Positions 26,525-35,649 of a stretch of 64,000 bases of DNA are shown piece by piece; the first letter of the stretch is position 1; every line of letters starts with the position of its first letter. Source of the stretch: a virus. Its lineage: Duplodnaviria; Caudoviricetes. The notes beneath the pieces are model-generated. The model was not told where the DNA came from. It was given only the letters and a program-made list of their open reading frames with translations, and searched no databases. The position numbers and the translations under genes are program-made. The DNA lies in IMG/VR virus record IMGVR_UViG_3300037419_001546, positions 10,870 through 74,869 of that record. One strand, written 5' to 3'.

Positions 26525-27559
26525 CTAGCTGTCGGTCGCTTCGGACTCGGCGGCGCGGATCTTGTCGAGCACCGCTTCGAGGTCGCCCTGGTCGACGAGG
26601 ACGTCGCGGGCCTTCGATCCCTGCGCGGGCCCGACGACACCGAGGTCTTCGAGCCGGTTGAGCAGATAGACGGCCTTCGCGAAACCGATCCGCATGCGGC
26701 GCTGCAGCATTGACGACGAGCCGAACTGGGAGCTGATCACCAGCTCGGCCGCGGCGACGAGCATCGCCGTGGTGCCGAGCACGTGGGCGGTGGACAGCGC
26801 CTCGTCCAGGTCGACCGCCTCAGTGGTGGTCGGGTTGCGGCGGTCGACGAACGAGTGCGCGACGATGCCGGGCAGCCGCTGAGTCCAGCCCTCGGCCCAG
26901 GCCTTCGCCCGGGCCAGATAGTCGTCGTTCATCCGGCGCGGGCTGACCGCGCCGAGGAAGCTGTCACCGCAACGCACCAGCAGCGCGCGGCCGTCGGCGC
27001 GGGCTTCGAGGTTGAGCGGTTCGCCGTAGGCCTTGCCGGCCTGCTGGAACCGGGCCAGGTAGTCGCCGGAGACGGCGATCCCGCCAGCGAGCAGCGCGAA
27101 GTTGCCTTGATGCTGGCGGTGGATCAGCCACGGGATGCCGCCGAGGGTGGGTTCGTTGGCGAGCCGCGGGACGCGCAGGGCGTGGCCGACGATGTCGAAG
27201 CCGGAGCAGTCGGAGAAGGTGACCTCGCTGTCGGCGACCTCGATGCGCAGCAGGTAGTCGGGCTGCCCGTCGTGAGCGTCCCTGCCTGCCTTGAAGATTC
27301 GCAGGATCTTCGCGATGTCGTCGGGCGCGAACTCGACGATCAGGCCGGGCTCGTAGTCACAGTCGCGTTCTTTCCAGATGCTGACGATCGCGAGCGCCGC
27401 GGTGAACCGGTCGGACGCGGTGACGGCGACGTTGCCGTCGGCGAACAGCATCCGCACCCGGTGCAGGCCGGCGTCTTCCTTGTCGGGGGTGGCGTGGACG
27501 CTCACCGCGGTGAGTGCGTGCCGGAGATCGGCGGTGCCAACGATGATGGTGGCGGTCAT
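26525..27559 (-). CDS. Sliding-clamp-like N-terminal region fused to an FtsK gamma domain
   Basis: N-term DLRHALTAV...LHRVRM...VTASDRFTAA; C-term ELVISSQFGSSSMLQRRMRIGFAKAVYLLNRLEDLGVVGPAQGSKARDVL. Confidence 0.7.
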   Translation of the reverse strand: MTATIIVGTADLRHALTAVSVHATPDKEDAGLHRVRMLFADGNVAVTASDRFTAALAIVSIWKERDCDYEPGLIVEFAPDDIAKILRIFKAGRDAHDGQPDYLLRIEVADSEVTFSDCSGFDIVGHALRVPRLANEPTLGGIPWLIHRQHQGNFALLAGGIAVSGDYLARFQQAGKAYGEPLNLEARADGRALLVRCGDSFLGAVSPRRMNDDYLARAKAWAEGWTQRLPGIVAHSFVDRRNPTTTEAVDLDEALSTAHVLGTTAMLVAAAELVISSQFGSSSMLQRRMRIGFAKAVYLLNRLEDLGVVGPAQGSKARDVLVDQGDLEAVLDKIRAAESEATDS

Positions 27560-27861
27560 GAGGGGTCGCTTTCGGGGATTGAAGGGGCGACGATGTCGCC
27601 GATGCGGTCGCGGATGTAGTCGCGGGCGTCGTTGCGGCTAGCCCAGACGAGCACCGGGCCCGTCGCTTCGTTCACGGTGCCGAGTGCGGCGATGGCGTTC
27701 GCGAGCTTCTTCTGCTCGACGAGCTGCGCGAGCTGATCGCCGACGTAGAGCAGGGCGTGCGCGGTGGCCTCGGCGCCGGCCGACGTGAGGCCGATCCCCT
27801 CATCGGGCAGACGGCGCAGCACGGCCTCGGCCTTGATCCGGTGCTCATCGGCGGCGCTCAC
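27556..27861 (-). CDS. Hypothetical protein
   Basis: GTGA coupling; ATAHALL motif. Confidence 0.55.
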   Translation of the reverse strand: MSAADEHRIKAEAVLRRLPDEGIGLTSAGAEATAHALLYVGDQLAQLVEQKKLANAIAALGTVNEATGPVLVWASRNDARDYIRDRIGDIVAPSIPESDPS

Positions 27862-28529
27862 AGGGCACCTCCGTTGATCCGGTCGTAGAGCCGCATCGCC
27901 CAGCGGGCGTCGCCCATGGCGGTGTGCCGCTCCTCGGCGGTGGGCGGCTCGACGCCGCATGCCCGTGAGATGTCGTCGGACTTCCACGGCAGCGCCAGGG
28001 CCTCGGGGACGAACTCCGGCACGATCACCCCGGCGTGCACCGAGGCTTTCAGGAAGCCGACTGCCAGGTTCTCGACGTCGATCAAGTGGTAGCGCCAGGA
28101 CGGGCAGAGTCCGTGGCGGCGCAGCATCGCGGCCAGCAGCTCGGTATCGAAATTCGGTACGGCGCCGACAATGTGCGCGTTCCGCGTCCACCTCTCGACC
28201 TCGGCCGCGACCATCGCTTCCGGGCCGATGTACGCCGTGATCGGGCCAGAACCCATCATGAACGGATCGGGTTCGGCGATCGACACGAAGTAGTCGTCGT
28301 CTTCGTACCGCTTGAACCGGTGGTGGCGTTCGTAGAAGCGGCCGATGTTGAGGCCGATCAGCTCCGCTGAGGAGAGGTCGACGTCGCTCACCTGGTAGGT
28401 GATCTCGCTCTGGTGGCGGAAGTTGCCGGCGTCGTCGAACTCGCGGCGGATCATCGCGATCTCCCATGGCCGCCGATCGGCGTGCAGGCCAGTGGTTTCC
28501 GTGTCGAGGAAGACGATCGGCGTGCTCAC
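27858..28529 (-). CDS. DnaQ-like DEDDh 3'-5' exonuclease
   Basis: FLDTETTG...GAVPNFD...HTAMGDA. Confidence 0.85.
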   Translation of the reverse strand: MSTPIVFLDTETTGLHADRRPWEIAMIRREFDDAGNFRHQSEITYQVSDVDLSSAELIGLNIGRFYERHHRFKRYEDDDYFVSIAEPDPFMMGSGPITAYIGPEAMVAAEVERWTRNAHIVGAVPNFDTELLAAMLRRHGLCPSWRYHLIDVENLAVGFLKASVHAGVIVPEFVPEALALPWKSDDISRACGVEPPTAEERHTAMGDARWAMRLYDRINGGAL

Positions 28530-29836
28530 TGGGCACCGGCCTCGGTGTCGAGCGTCTGCTGCTGTCCCTCGTCGGCGACGAGCTGGGTGAGCTCGGTGAG
28601 CACCTCGGCGGCCTCGCGCTCGTTGAGGTCGAGCGGGTCGGTGATCTGCTCGCGGCCGGGCAGGAACGAGCGCAGGAACAGAACCTTCTTCTCGTCGGTA
28701 TCGGCGCCGAGCTGGTCGAGCAGCTGCGCGGCCTGCGCCCACTGCGACCGCAGGATCGGCGCGTCACCGGCTTCGCGGCGCTGCAGCCGGGCGATGATGG
28801 CGTTCGCCTCCACGCTGGTCAGTTCCTTCGCCGAGGCGATCTCGCGGCCGGTGTCCGCTGACAACCACTTGCGCTTCGCCGCCGCGGTCTTGTGGCCGTG
28901 GCGCTCCAGTTCGCCCGAGAGTGCGCGCTGCTCGGCAGCCGTCGCGAATTCGGCGGGCGGGTCGGGCTCGTCGACCTGCGCAGTGTCCTGTTTTTCGCCC
29001 GGATCTGAGGCGGTCTCGGAATTCGATTCAGGGTTTTCCGGCGCCGGCTGACTTATACCGGCAGTAGAACCACCCTCGGCTGCGGGCGGCGGCGTCCACT
29101 GCCGCACATGGCTGGATACGCCACCGCCACCGCCGGCGACCGCGATGACCTGCGGCTGCACGCGCTCGGACTCCACGCGCACCGGCTCGGTCTCGTCGAT
29201 GCGGTCTTCCTGGTCCTCGGCGACCTCCAGGCCGAGCAGGATATGCGAGGCCAGACGCTTACAGACCGTGGTCGCCGCCTTGGCCCACAGCATTTCCTCG
29301 GGCTGCAAGATGTACTTCTCGTTGCCGATCATCTTCTCGTAGGCGCCGTTTGGGCCGGTGAGCTTCTTCGTCTTGTACTTGCCGGTCTCCGGGTCGATTG
29401 TCGGGACGAAACCGGCCCGCGTGGCGCGCTCGATCGTCCATTCGCTGGTCTCGGTGTCCCCGTCGGGCGCCCACCCCTGGAAAACGACGCGCTCGGGTCC
29501 GGCCTCGTGGGTGGTGAACCGGTAGCCCTTCTGGCGCAGCTTCGCGACCATCGTCTTGGCGTAGATGGATGGCATCCCGTGCACCGGGAATACGTTCTGC
29601 AGCGCCTGCAACGGATTCAGGCCGAGCTCGCCGCCGTGCATGATGGCGACGGCAGCGTCCTGCGGCTTGCCTTGGTAGATCTTCGGAACGATCGTGGTGC
29701 GGCAGACTCGTTCGGCGAATTTGTATGCGACGTCGAGCAGCTCGGCGTAGCGCATGAGGCTGTCGAACGGATCGTCAGCGGCGGCGACCGGGGCGAGTGC
29801 CCTGCCATCGTCGATGGTGGCAATGTCGGTGGTCAT
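28526..29836 (-). CDS. RecT-like ssDNA annealing protein
   Basis: VPKIYQGKPQD...GGELGLNPLQALQNVFPVHGMP; adjacent to recE. Confidence 0.7.
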   Translation of the reverse strand: MTTDIATIDDGRALAPVAAADDPFDSLMRYAELLDVAYKFAERVCRTTIVPKIYQGKPQDAAVAIMHGGELGLNPLQALQNVFPVHGMPSIYAKTMVAKLRQKGYRFTTHEAGPERVVFQGWAPDGDTETSEWTIERATRAGFVPTIDPETGKYKTKKLTGPNGAYEKMIGNEKYILQPEEMLWAKAATTVCKRLASHILLGLEVAEDQEDRIDETEPVRVESERVQPQVIAVAGGGGGVSSHVRQWTPPPAAEGGSTAGISQPAPENPESNSETASDPGEKQDTAQVDEPDPPAEFATAAEQRALSGELERHGHKTAAAKRKWLSADTGREIASAKELTSVEANAIIARLQRREAGDAPILRSQWAQAAQLLDQLGADTDEKKVLFLRSFLPGREQITDPLDLNEREAAEVLTELTQLVADEGQQQTLDTEAGAQ

Positions 29837-29843
29837 TGGTGGC

Positions 29844-30755
29844 TTAGTCCTCTCTGAAATAGCCCCAGCGGGGCAGGTCGATTTCGTGCGTGTAGTCGCT
29901 CCAGTCCGGCCAGATGCCGGACTCGAGGCATGCCGCGTAGATGTCGATCGCGCGGCGGTTCATCCGGGCACCGACGTCGACGGCCGAGGCGGGTAGGCGG
30001 ATCCGCCAGACCGGGTGCGGTGGCTTGTCGCAGACGGCGATGAATTCGAATTCGGTGTGCACGCCGAGGCAGGCGAAACCGTCCTGATACCAGGCCTGTT
30101 GCGCGTGATAGCCGAAGCTGTTGACCGACTTGCGGAATGCCTCGGGCGTCTCGTGCGGCGTGGTTTTCAGGTCGACAAGGATCGCGCTGTGCGGGCCGGT
30201 CCAGCACACCCAGTCGGCACGCACGCGCAGCATGACGCCGGTGACCGGATCGGGATACCAGCCCGACAGTTCGGGCTCGCCGGATGAGAGCAGCTCGGTC
30301 GCGTGCTCGTTCCGCCGCACCGCGTCGGCCATCGCCTTGGCCTGCCGATAGTGCTTGCTGCGCAACGGCACTCGGCCTGCGTCGCGATGCGCGTCGCGCG
30401 CTTTCTTCACCTCGTCCTTGCGGATCTCGTCGACGCCGAGGTCGACCAGCGGCGCGCCGGTGCCGAGCACGAGCGTGTGCACCGCGGTGCCGAGGTCGAA
30501 ATGATCGGCTGAGACGGGCTCAGGGTTGTCGCGCTCGTGCTTCCACATCCGCGGCGTCGTTTCGAGCAGCCGCCGCGCGCCCGAGGACGACAGCGACCGC
30601 GTATCGGCGTGGTAGATCGTGTCCGGTACGCCGGAGTACAGGCCAGGCTCGGCCGGTGCCAGCTGCTCGGCCTCGGCCGGCTGCTGCCCGCGGTGCTTCG
30701 GGCAGTCGCAGATCTCCTCGTCAAGGTCGGTGGTCTGGCAGATGGCATTAGTCAT
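29844..30755 (-). CDS. RecE-like PD-(D/E)xK exonuclease VIII (DUF3799-like)
   Basis: LSSSGARRLL...FDLGTAVH...RVRADW...VDLKTT...GYHAQQAWY. Confidence 0.85.
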   Translation of the reverse strand: MTNAICQTTDLDEEICDCPKHRGQQPAEAEQLAPAEPGLYSGVPDTIYHADTRSLSSSGARRLLETTPRMWKHERDNPEPVSADHFDLGTAVHTLVLGTGAPLVDLGVDEIRKDEVKKARDAHRDAGRVPLRSKHYRQAKAMADAVRRNEHATELLSSGEPELSGWYPDPVTGVMLRVRADWVCWTGPHSAILVDLKTTPHETPEAFRKSVNSFGYHAQQAWYQDGFACLGVHTEFEFIAVCDKPPHPVWRIRLPASAVDVGARMNRRAIDIYAACLESGIWPDWSDYTHEIDLPRWGYFRED

Positions 30756-31441
30756 GACGCCGCCCTCGATCGGTAAGGCTCGCGGCGCAATGTCGATGCC
30801 GGTGTAGGCGCATTCGGGTCGTCGAGCGCGTCTTCGTCCCACTGCATCGGCAGCGGCCAGCGCCGAGAACGGCCGTAGCTGCGGGCTCGGTCAGACGGTC
30901 CCGGCGTCATCTGCAGCCGGTTGAACAGAGCCACAACGGCGCGGTGCCGCGCTGCGGTGATCTGATCCCGGTGGTGAAGCATCGTGCCGAAATTGCCGTC
31001 GTCCATGCCGAGTTCAGCCGCGAGGTGCGCCATCGGCCACCCTGCTGCCACGAGCGCCCGCAACCGGCGCTGCGCACCGAGTGAGGGCACTGGCATATGG
31101 TCAGCCGCCACGCTGTACGGGTCGGCTGGGATCGCCACTGCCCGAATGCGATCGGCGACCGACCGCGAAATGAACGTGGCCGGCGGGCGTCCGGGCTTGC
31201 CGTAGAGCAGAGTCCCTAGCGAACTACGCGGTACCCCCGCCAGCTGCGGAATGCGGCGCAGCGAGACGCCAGCGCCCTGGAGCGCTCGCACGTGGGCGCG
31301 CACTGGTTCGGCATCCACGAACCCCGGTTCCCAGCGGCCGTAGAGGATTCCGCGGTTGCGCTCGTGGTAGTAGCACAACTTGCACAGCCCGCGGCGCAGC
31401 TGCTCGATGCGCGGGCAGCGCGAACACTGCGCGGCGCTCAT
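30752..31441 (-). CDS. HTH DNA-binding protein
   Basis: RGLCKLCY; VDAEPVRAHVRAL..AGVSLRRI HTH; RRLRALVAAGWP repeat. Confidence 0.7.
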   Translation of the reverse strand: MSAAQCSRCPRIEQLRRGLCKLCYYHERNRGILYGRWEPGFVDAEPVRAHVRALQGAGVSLRRIPQLAGVPRSSLGTLLYGKPGRPPATFISRSVADRIRAVAIPADPYSVAADHMPVPSLGAQRRLRALVAAGWPMAHLAAELGMDDGNFGTMLHHRDQITAARHRAVVALFNRLQMTPGPSDRARSYGRSRRWPLPMQWDEDALDDPNAPTPASTLRREPYRSRAAS

Positions 31442-31995
31442 GAGGCCATCTCCACCACGGGCGCCGGGACGGCGAGGATGCGCTGCTCGGTGTCCTTGTG
31501 GACACGCTTGCTGCGGTGCATGTGGATCAGGGTCGAGCGGTCAACCCCGGTCGCGGCCTGGATCTGTGGCCACGTCCACTGTGCGTCGCGCAGTTGCTTG
31601 ATCCGCTCCTTCGATGGGCCGGAATCGATCAGTCCGCGCACGCAGATCCAGCACCGCTGGTTCTCGTTGCGGGCGTTCGCGAGCTCGCCGCCGCACTGCG
31701 CGCACCGCGGCGCATCGTCGTTCTCCTTCGGTAGCGGCCGGCCGAGTTCCATGTGCAGCTGTTTCCATTCGGCGCGGTTGCTGAGGTCTCGTCCGGCGCG
31801 GATGCCATGCCGGTCGCCGGCGTCGAGTCCGGCGTTGCCGCACTCCTCGACCACAGGGCATCTGCCGCAAACGCGTTTCGCCTCGGCGATGACGGCAGTG
31901 GCCGACGGGTCCGGGAAGAAGAGATCCGGGTCGCTGTCCCGGCACGCCGCCCACATCTGCCACGCGGGCGCGTCGGGGTCGATACGGCCCGTCAC
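31438..31995 (-). CDS. whiB: WhiB-family transcription factor with a C-terminal extension
   Basis: AACRDSDPDLFFP...AKRVCGRCPVVEEC...HGIRAG. Confidence 0.9.
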   Translation of the reverse strand: MTGRIDPDAPAWQMWAACRDSDPDLFFPDPSATAVIAEAKRVCGRCPVVEECGNAGLDAGDRHGIRAGRDLSNRAEWKQLHMELGRPLPKENDDAPRCAQCGGELANARNENQRCWICVRGLIDSGPSKERIKQLRDAQWTWPQIQAATGVDRSTLIHMHRSKRVHKDTEQRILAVPAPVVEMAS

Positions 31996-32186
31996 AGCCC
32001 GAACTGCCCATCGATCCAGCGCTGGTAGGCGCGGTCGGTCTCGGCCCACTCATCGCGGTCGTCGGCTTGGTCCTCGTCGCCGGTGGCCATGGAGAACGCC
32101 TCGCGGAGGTCGGCGGCCGAGGCGATGATCGCGACGATCAGGGCGATGATGATGCCGGCCTCGAGAATGTGTCCGAAAGTGGTCAT
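31992..32186 (-). CDS. Small membrane protein
   Basis: One TM segment, GIIIALIVAIIAS. Confidence 0.55.
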   Translation of the reverse strand: MTTFGHILEAGIIIALIVAIIASAADLREAFSMATGDEDQADDRDEWAETDRAYQRWIDGQFGL

Positions 32187-32476
32187 CGGGTTGCTCCGTT
32201 CATCAGGCTGTCGCGCACGATGGCGCGGATACGGGACTGGCTTTCGGTGGTCATCCGGTCGAGCGGGACGCCGACGATGCGAGAGAGTTCGTCGGCTTCG
32301 GCCAGGCGCACGGGCCGGAATCCGCGTTCGGTCGCGAACACGGTGCTCTGGCTGAAGAGCTCGAACCCGGCCCGCCGCATGCGGTCGGCGATGTCGACCT
32401 GCCTCATGCCCAGCGCTTTCCGCGCGACCTTGAGATTCGCGATGAACCGCTTGTCGATGTCGGTGGTGGCGTGCAT
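32183..32476 (-). CDS. XRE-family HTH protein
   Basis: NLKVARKALGMRQVDIA...QSTVFATERG.R.VRLAEA. Confidence 0.85.
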   Translation of the reverse strand: MHATTDIDKRFIANLKVARKALGMRQVDIADRMRRAGFELFSQSTVFATERGFRPVRLAEADELSRIVGVPLDRMTTESQSRIRAIVRDSLMNGATR

Positions 32477-32868
32477 CAGGACGGCACCCCGCCTTCACCG
32501 GTCTGGCGCTCGGCGTCGACCGGGCCGGACTTCGCCGCCTCGGCGACGTAACCGAGCTGGGTGATGGTGTTGGCGACGCGTGCGCTGGCGTTGGGCTCGC
32601 CTGCCCACTTCAGTTCGGCGGCGGCGTTCTTCAGCTCGACGATGGCCATGGAGGCGATCTGCGCGAAGTCGACGGCGTCACCGCGGGCTACGAGGTTTGC
32701 GAGCAGCTGGCCGAACAGCCGCTGCGCGACCACCGGTGTCACGATGACGCGGGCGTCGTCGCTGAGCTGCAGGACGTATTTCTCCATGCCCGGGTTCCAG
32801 CGAACGTCCAGGTCCCGGACGACGATGGGCGAGTACACGGTGGCGTAGGACTCGGCGTCGATGCTCAT
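32476..32868 (-). CDS. Hypothetical protein
   Basis: Coupled ORF. Confidence 0.55.
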   Translation of the reverse strand: MSIDAESYATVYSPIVVRDLDVRWNPGMEKYVLQLSDDARVIVTPVVAQRLFGQLLANLVARGDAVDFAQIASMAIVELKNAAAELKWAGEPNASARVANTITQLGYVAEAAKSGPVDAERQTGEGGVPS

Positions 32869-33083
32869 GCGGTCACCGCCAGGGTGGCGGTACCGGAGTG
32901 CTGCGCGAGCCACTGATCCGTCGGCGTCCAGTCGCTCCACGGGTCGATCACGTTGGTCGGCGGCGCGTCGAGCACGACGGTCATCGGGATCGTCGGGTGC
33001 TCGTCGCGCATGATCAGCGCGGCGACGGTGACGCGTTCGTGGCCGGCCTGGTGGTGGCGGCCATGGTTCGAATGTCTTCCCAT
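32865..33083 (-). CDS. Hypothetical protein
   Basis: MGRHS...VTVAALI motif; GGAG RBS. Confidence 0.55.
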   Translation of the reverse strand: MGRHSNHGRHHQAGHERVTVAALIMRDEHPTIPMTVVLDAPPTNVIDPWSDWTPTDQWLAQHSGTATLAVTA

Positions 33084-33159
33084 TGGGTATGCTCCCGTTC
33101 GGTTCTGGTGAATCGAGATGGGACCCGGCGAGATGCGGCTCTCGCCGGGTCTCGGTGTG

Positions 33160-33498
33160 TCAGGACGTGGCACGACTCCCGGCGCGAGGTTCGTCTGCAC
33201 CCGCGCCGGGAATCGTTCGGGGGGAATCCGATTGGCGTGTGCGCTGTCGAGCGCGGTCGATCGGAATTGGGATGGTGGGCGGCAGTGCGCCCGCGGGAAT
33301 GTGAACCGCTTCGATGTGGACCAGGGCGTCGGTGTTGTCGACCTTCGCGACCGATTCGGCTGCTGCGCGGGCGGCGGCTGCGGCGGCCCGGGCGTCTCGC
33401 GCGCAGTTCCGGGCGTCGGTACGGGACTGGCTGACGGTGAACACCGCGACGGCGAGGGCGGCGGCCGCGACCGTGAGGGCGATGACGGAGACGATCAT
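33160..33498 (-). CDS. Hypothetical protein with an N-terminal TM segment
   Basis: MIVSVIALTVAAAALAVAVF. Confidence 0.5.
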   Translation of the reverse strand: MIVSVIALTVAAAALAVAVFTVSQSRTDARNCARDARAAAAAARAAAESVAKVDNTDALVHIEAVHIPAGALPPTIPIPIDRARQRTRQSDSPRTIPGAGADEPRAGSRATS

Positions 33499-33764
33499 GC
33501 GATCGTCCCGGTCTTCTCCAGTTCCAGCTCCAGCAGCGCGGCCTCGTGGCGTTCGGCGATATCCAGGCGCAGAGCCAGCTCGTGCTGGTCGGTGCGCGCC
33601 TTCGCCAGCGACCGCAGCGCGGAAAGGTAGCGCGCCTTCCAATGCTGGTTGATCTGCTGGAACATGCCGCTGTAGTCGGCCTCTTCCTGCAGGCGATGGA
33701 CGCGGCGGTTCGCGTCGAGCAGCTGCTCGGAGATCTCGGCCACCGACTGGCCGGGGGCGGTCAT
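33495..33764 (-). CDS. Hypothetical coiled-coil protein
   Basis: Coupled ORF. Confidence 0.55.
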   Translation of the reverse strand: MTAPGQSVAEISEQLLDANRRVHRLQEEADYSGMFQQINQHWKARYLSALRSLAKARTDQHELALRLDIAERHEAALLELELEKTGTIA

Positions 33765-34444
33765 GACGCAACCGCTTCCGGCTCGCCGAACACGGACACG
33801 TACGGGTGGGCGAGGATCGCCAAATGCTCAGCGGCGGAATCGTTCTGGCCGATCAGGTCGGTGAGCATGAGCGCCCGCGTGATGCTGCGCACCGCGTGCT
33901 CCGCTGCGGCGATAGCCTCCCAGTGGAGGTCCAAGTCGCGGTAGTTGATCGCGGCCACGGCGGCGTCACGGGCTGCATCCCATCTGTCCTCCGCCTTCGC
34001 CGTCGAGGCGGCTCGCGTCAGGTCATGCAGCGCGCGTAGCGCCGACCCGCAGCGCGAACTGAAGTCGGAATCGACGTCGGCCATCTGCTGCAGCTGCTCG
34101 GGGGTGGCGGCTGCGACGGTGCGCACGACGGCCACGATCCGGCGCCACTGCGGGCCGAAGGTGTCCTCGAGGTCGCCGTCGGTGATCTCCGTGGTGGCGA
34201 GATAGCCGCGCACGTCATCGGCAGTGCGCCCACGGTCGTCGTTCCATTCCTCGGCGCGGTCGCGGGAACGATGCACCGCACGGACGAGACCGAAGTCGCC
34301 GGGCACGGGCGTGCAGTGCTTGAGCGCACCGGACAGGCAGACGCCGGACCGGGTCTCCATCTCGCCCTGGATCCAGCCGTGCTCGTCGATGTAGGCGGCG
34401 GCCGCGCGGCAGGCTGCGGTCAGAGTCTGTGCGGGGGCGGTCAC
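33761..34444 (-). CDS. DUF6197-like protein
   Basis: GWIQG...CLSGAL...WNDDRGRTADDV. Confidence 0.6.
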   Translation of the reverse strand: MTAPAQTLTAACRAAAAYIDEHGWIQGEMETRSGVCLSGALKHCTPVPGDFGLVRAVHRSRDRAEEWNDDRGRTADDVRGYLATTEITDGDLEDTFGPQWRRIVAVVRTVAAATPEQLQQMADVDSDFSSRCGSALRALHDLTRAASTAKAEDRWDAARDAAVAAINYRDLDLHWEAIAAAEHAVRSITRALMLTDLIGQNDSAAEHLAILAHPYVSVFGEPEAVAS

Positions 34445-34641
34445 GAGGCTTCCGCCTGCTCGTCGCGGGCCTTGCGGTAGGCCTCGACATCCTCCGGGCG
34501 CAGGACGTAGGCGCCCGTTCTGCCTGGAAGTTTCTCGGCTGGTAGCTGGTGTGTGCGGATGAGGTCAACGACTGCCCGGCGCCCGATGTTGAGCAGTTCG
34601 GCAACCTCCACAACACCGAGCAGTTTCACGGTTTTGTGCAT
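34441..34641 (-). CDS. Cro/excisionase-like HTH protein
   Basis: LLGVVEVAELLNIGRRAVVDLI..HQLPAEKLPGRTGAYVL; divergent from the repressor. Confidence 0.8.
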   Translation of the reverse strand: MHKTVKLLGVVEVAELLNIGRRAVVDLIRTHQLPAEKLPGRTGAYVLRPEDVEAYRKARDEQAEAS

Positions 34642-34742
34642 AAGCCAAGTTCTACACCTAACTTGGCGTATGCACAAGATTTGCCGGGTGTGTCGGAGTT
34701 TTGCATACGTTGCCAAACTTGGTTGAGTCTGCCAAACTTGGC
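34634..34742. promoter_or_regulatory. Lysis/lysogeny switch operator region
   Basis: 17-bp inverted repeat TTGTGCATAAGCCAAGT/ACTTGGCGTATGCACAA; two copies of TGCCAAACTTGG (34711, 34730). Confidence 0.65.
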
Positions 34743-34745
34743 GGC

Positions 34746-35183
34746 ATGACGAGAGCGCACGCGGTGGGAAGGATCCCGGAGATCACGCTTCACCACCGGC
34801 TTCGAATTGCACGAGAGACCGCCGGCCTCGATCAGGGGCAGCTCGCGGAGATGGTGGGGGTCAGTCGCAACTCGATCGGTAACGCCGAATCGGGCAAGCA
34901 CGCGCCCCGGAAAATCCTGATCAACGCATGGGCACTCGCTACGGGCGTGCCTGCGTACTGGCTTGAAACAGGAGAAACCCCCCACCCGAATGGACCGGGT
35001 GAGGGGTCGTTGCTCCCCCATCTGGACTCGAACCAGAAACCTGCCGGTTTACAGCCTCAGCGCTCTGACCAGCACGTTTTCGAGAACGTTTTCCCACTTC
35101 CGGGAACACCCTCGCGTAACCGGCCCGCGGCCGCTTCTCCGGCCCGTGTGAGCTCCGCCACGTCGGAGGTGGCGGCAGCATGA
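34746..35183 (+). CDS. Immunity repressor (XRE), att-containing read-through form ending VAAA
   Basis: IPEITLHHRLRIARETAGLDQGQLA...SRNSIGNAESG HTH; LLPHLDSNQKPAG is the antisense of a tRNA 3' end. Confidence 0.9.
   Translation: MTRAHAVGRIPEITLHHRLRIARETAGLDQGQLAEMVGVSRNSIGNAESGKHAPRKILINAWALATGVPAYWLETGETPHPNGPGEGSLLPHLDSNQKPAGLQPQRSDQHVFENVFPLPGTPSRNRPAAASPARVSSATSEVAAA
35012..35056 (-). other. att common core (tRNA-Asn-like 3' half)
   Basis: Minus strand reads CTGTAAACCGGCAGGTTTCTGGTTCGAGTCCAGATGGGGGAGC: anticodon arm, T arm and acceptor 3' strand; no 5' half or intact D arm. Confidence 0.85.
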
Positions 35184-35365
35184 GGACGAGCACACCCGCA
35201 CTTGCCATTGCGCGGCAAGGCGATATCTGGCCCGGTCGCTATAGCGACATCGATGCGGCGTGGCGGACTGCGGACTGGTGCACAAAGCATTACGCCGGCG
35301 CGCCTTTCCGTGTGATCGATATCCGGACCGGCGAGCTGACTCAGCGCAAGGCGGTCGCGGCATGA
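35180..35365 (+). CDS. Small hypothetical protein
   Basis: GGAGG RBS inside the repressor tail; ATGA coupling. Confidence 0.55.
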   Translation: MRTSTPALAIARQGDIWPGRYSDIDAAWRTADWCTKHYAGAPFRVIDIRTGELTQRKAVAA

Positions 35366-35649
35366 GCGCCCCCGCCGTGACCGTCCTCGACTTCGCAACC
35401 GAGGCCGCGGCGATCGACGATGCGCGCGAAGCGGCCCACGCTGGGCTGCGGGCGGCGAACGTGCGCGGTGTCACCGGCGACGATCTCGATGCTTTCAGCG
35501 GCGCAATGGAATCGGTGCAGCAGCGGTGCGAGATCCTGCGCCGCGCGTTCTACCCGCGCCGAGCTCAGCTGTGGATCGGGAACGGCACGGCGATGACGCT
35601 CTCGGCGACCGGCCGGTCGCGCCGGATCGTCTGGCAGCGCCCGCGATGA
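35362..35649 (+). CDS. Small hypothetical protein
   Basis: ATGA coupling. Confidence 0.55.
   Translation: MSAPAVTVLDFATEAAAIDDAREAAHAGLRAANVRGVTGDDLDAFSGAMESVQQRCEILRRAFYPRRAQLWIGNGTAMTLSATGRSRRIVWQRPR

Larger units (their letters stand above)
1..35056 (-). mobile_element. Prophage A (partial; continues left of the window)
   Basis: Contiguous tail, head, terminase, HNH, early-gene and cro/repressor modules; right end placed at the tRNA-like core in the repressor gene. Confidence 0.85.

Noticed and set aside
35012-35056. tRNA-Tyr(GTA) gene suggested by CTGTAAA
   Set aside because: Only a 3' half is present with no intact D arm or 5' acceptor strand; better explained as an att core derived from tRNA-Asn with an attP-side mismatch
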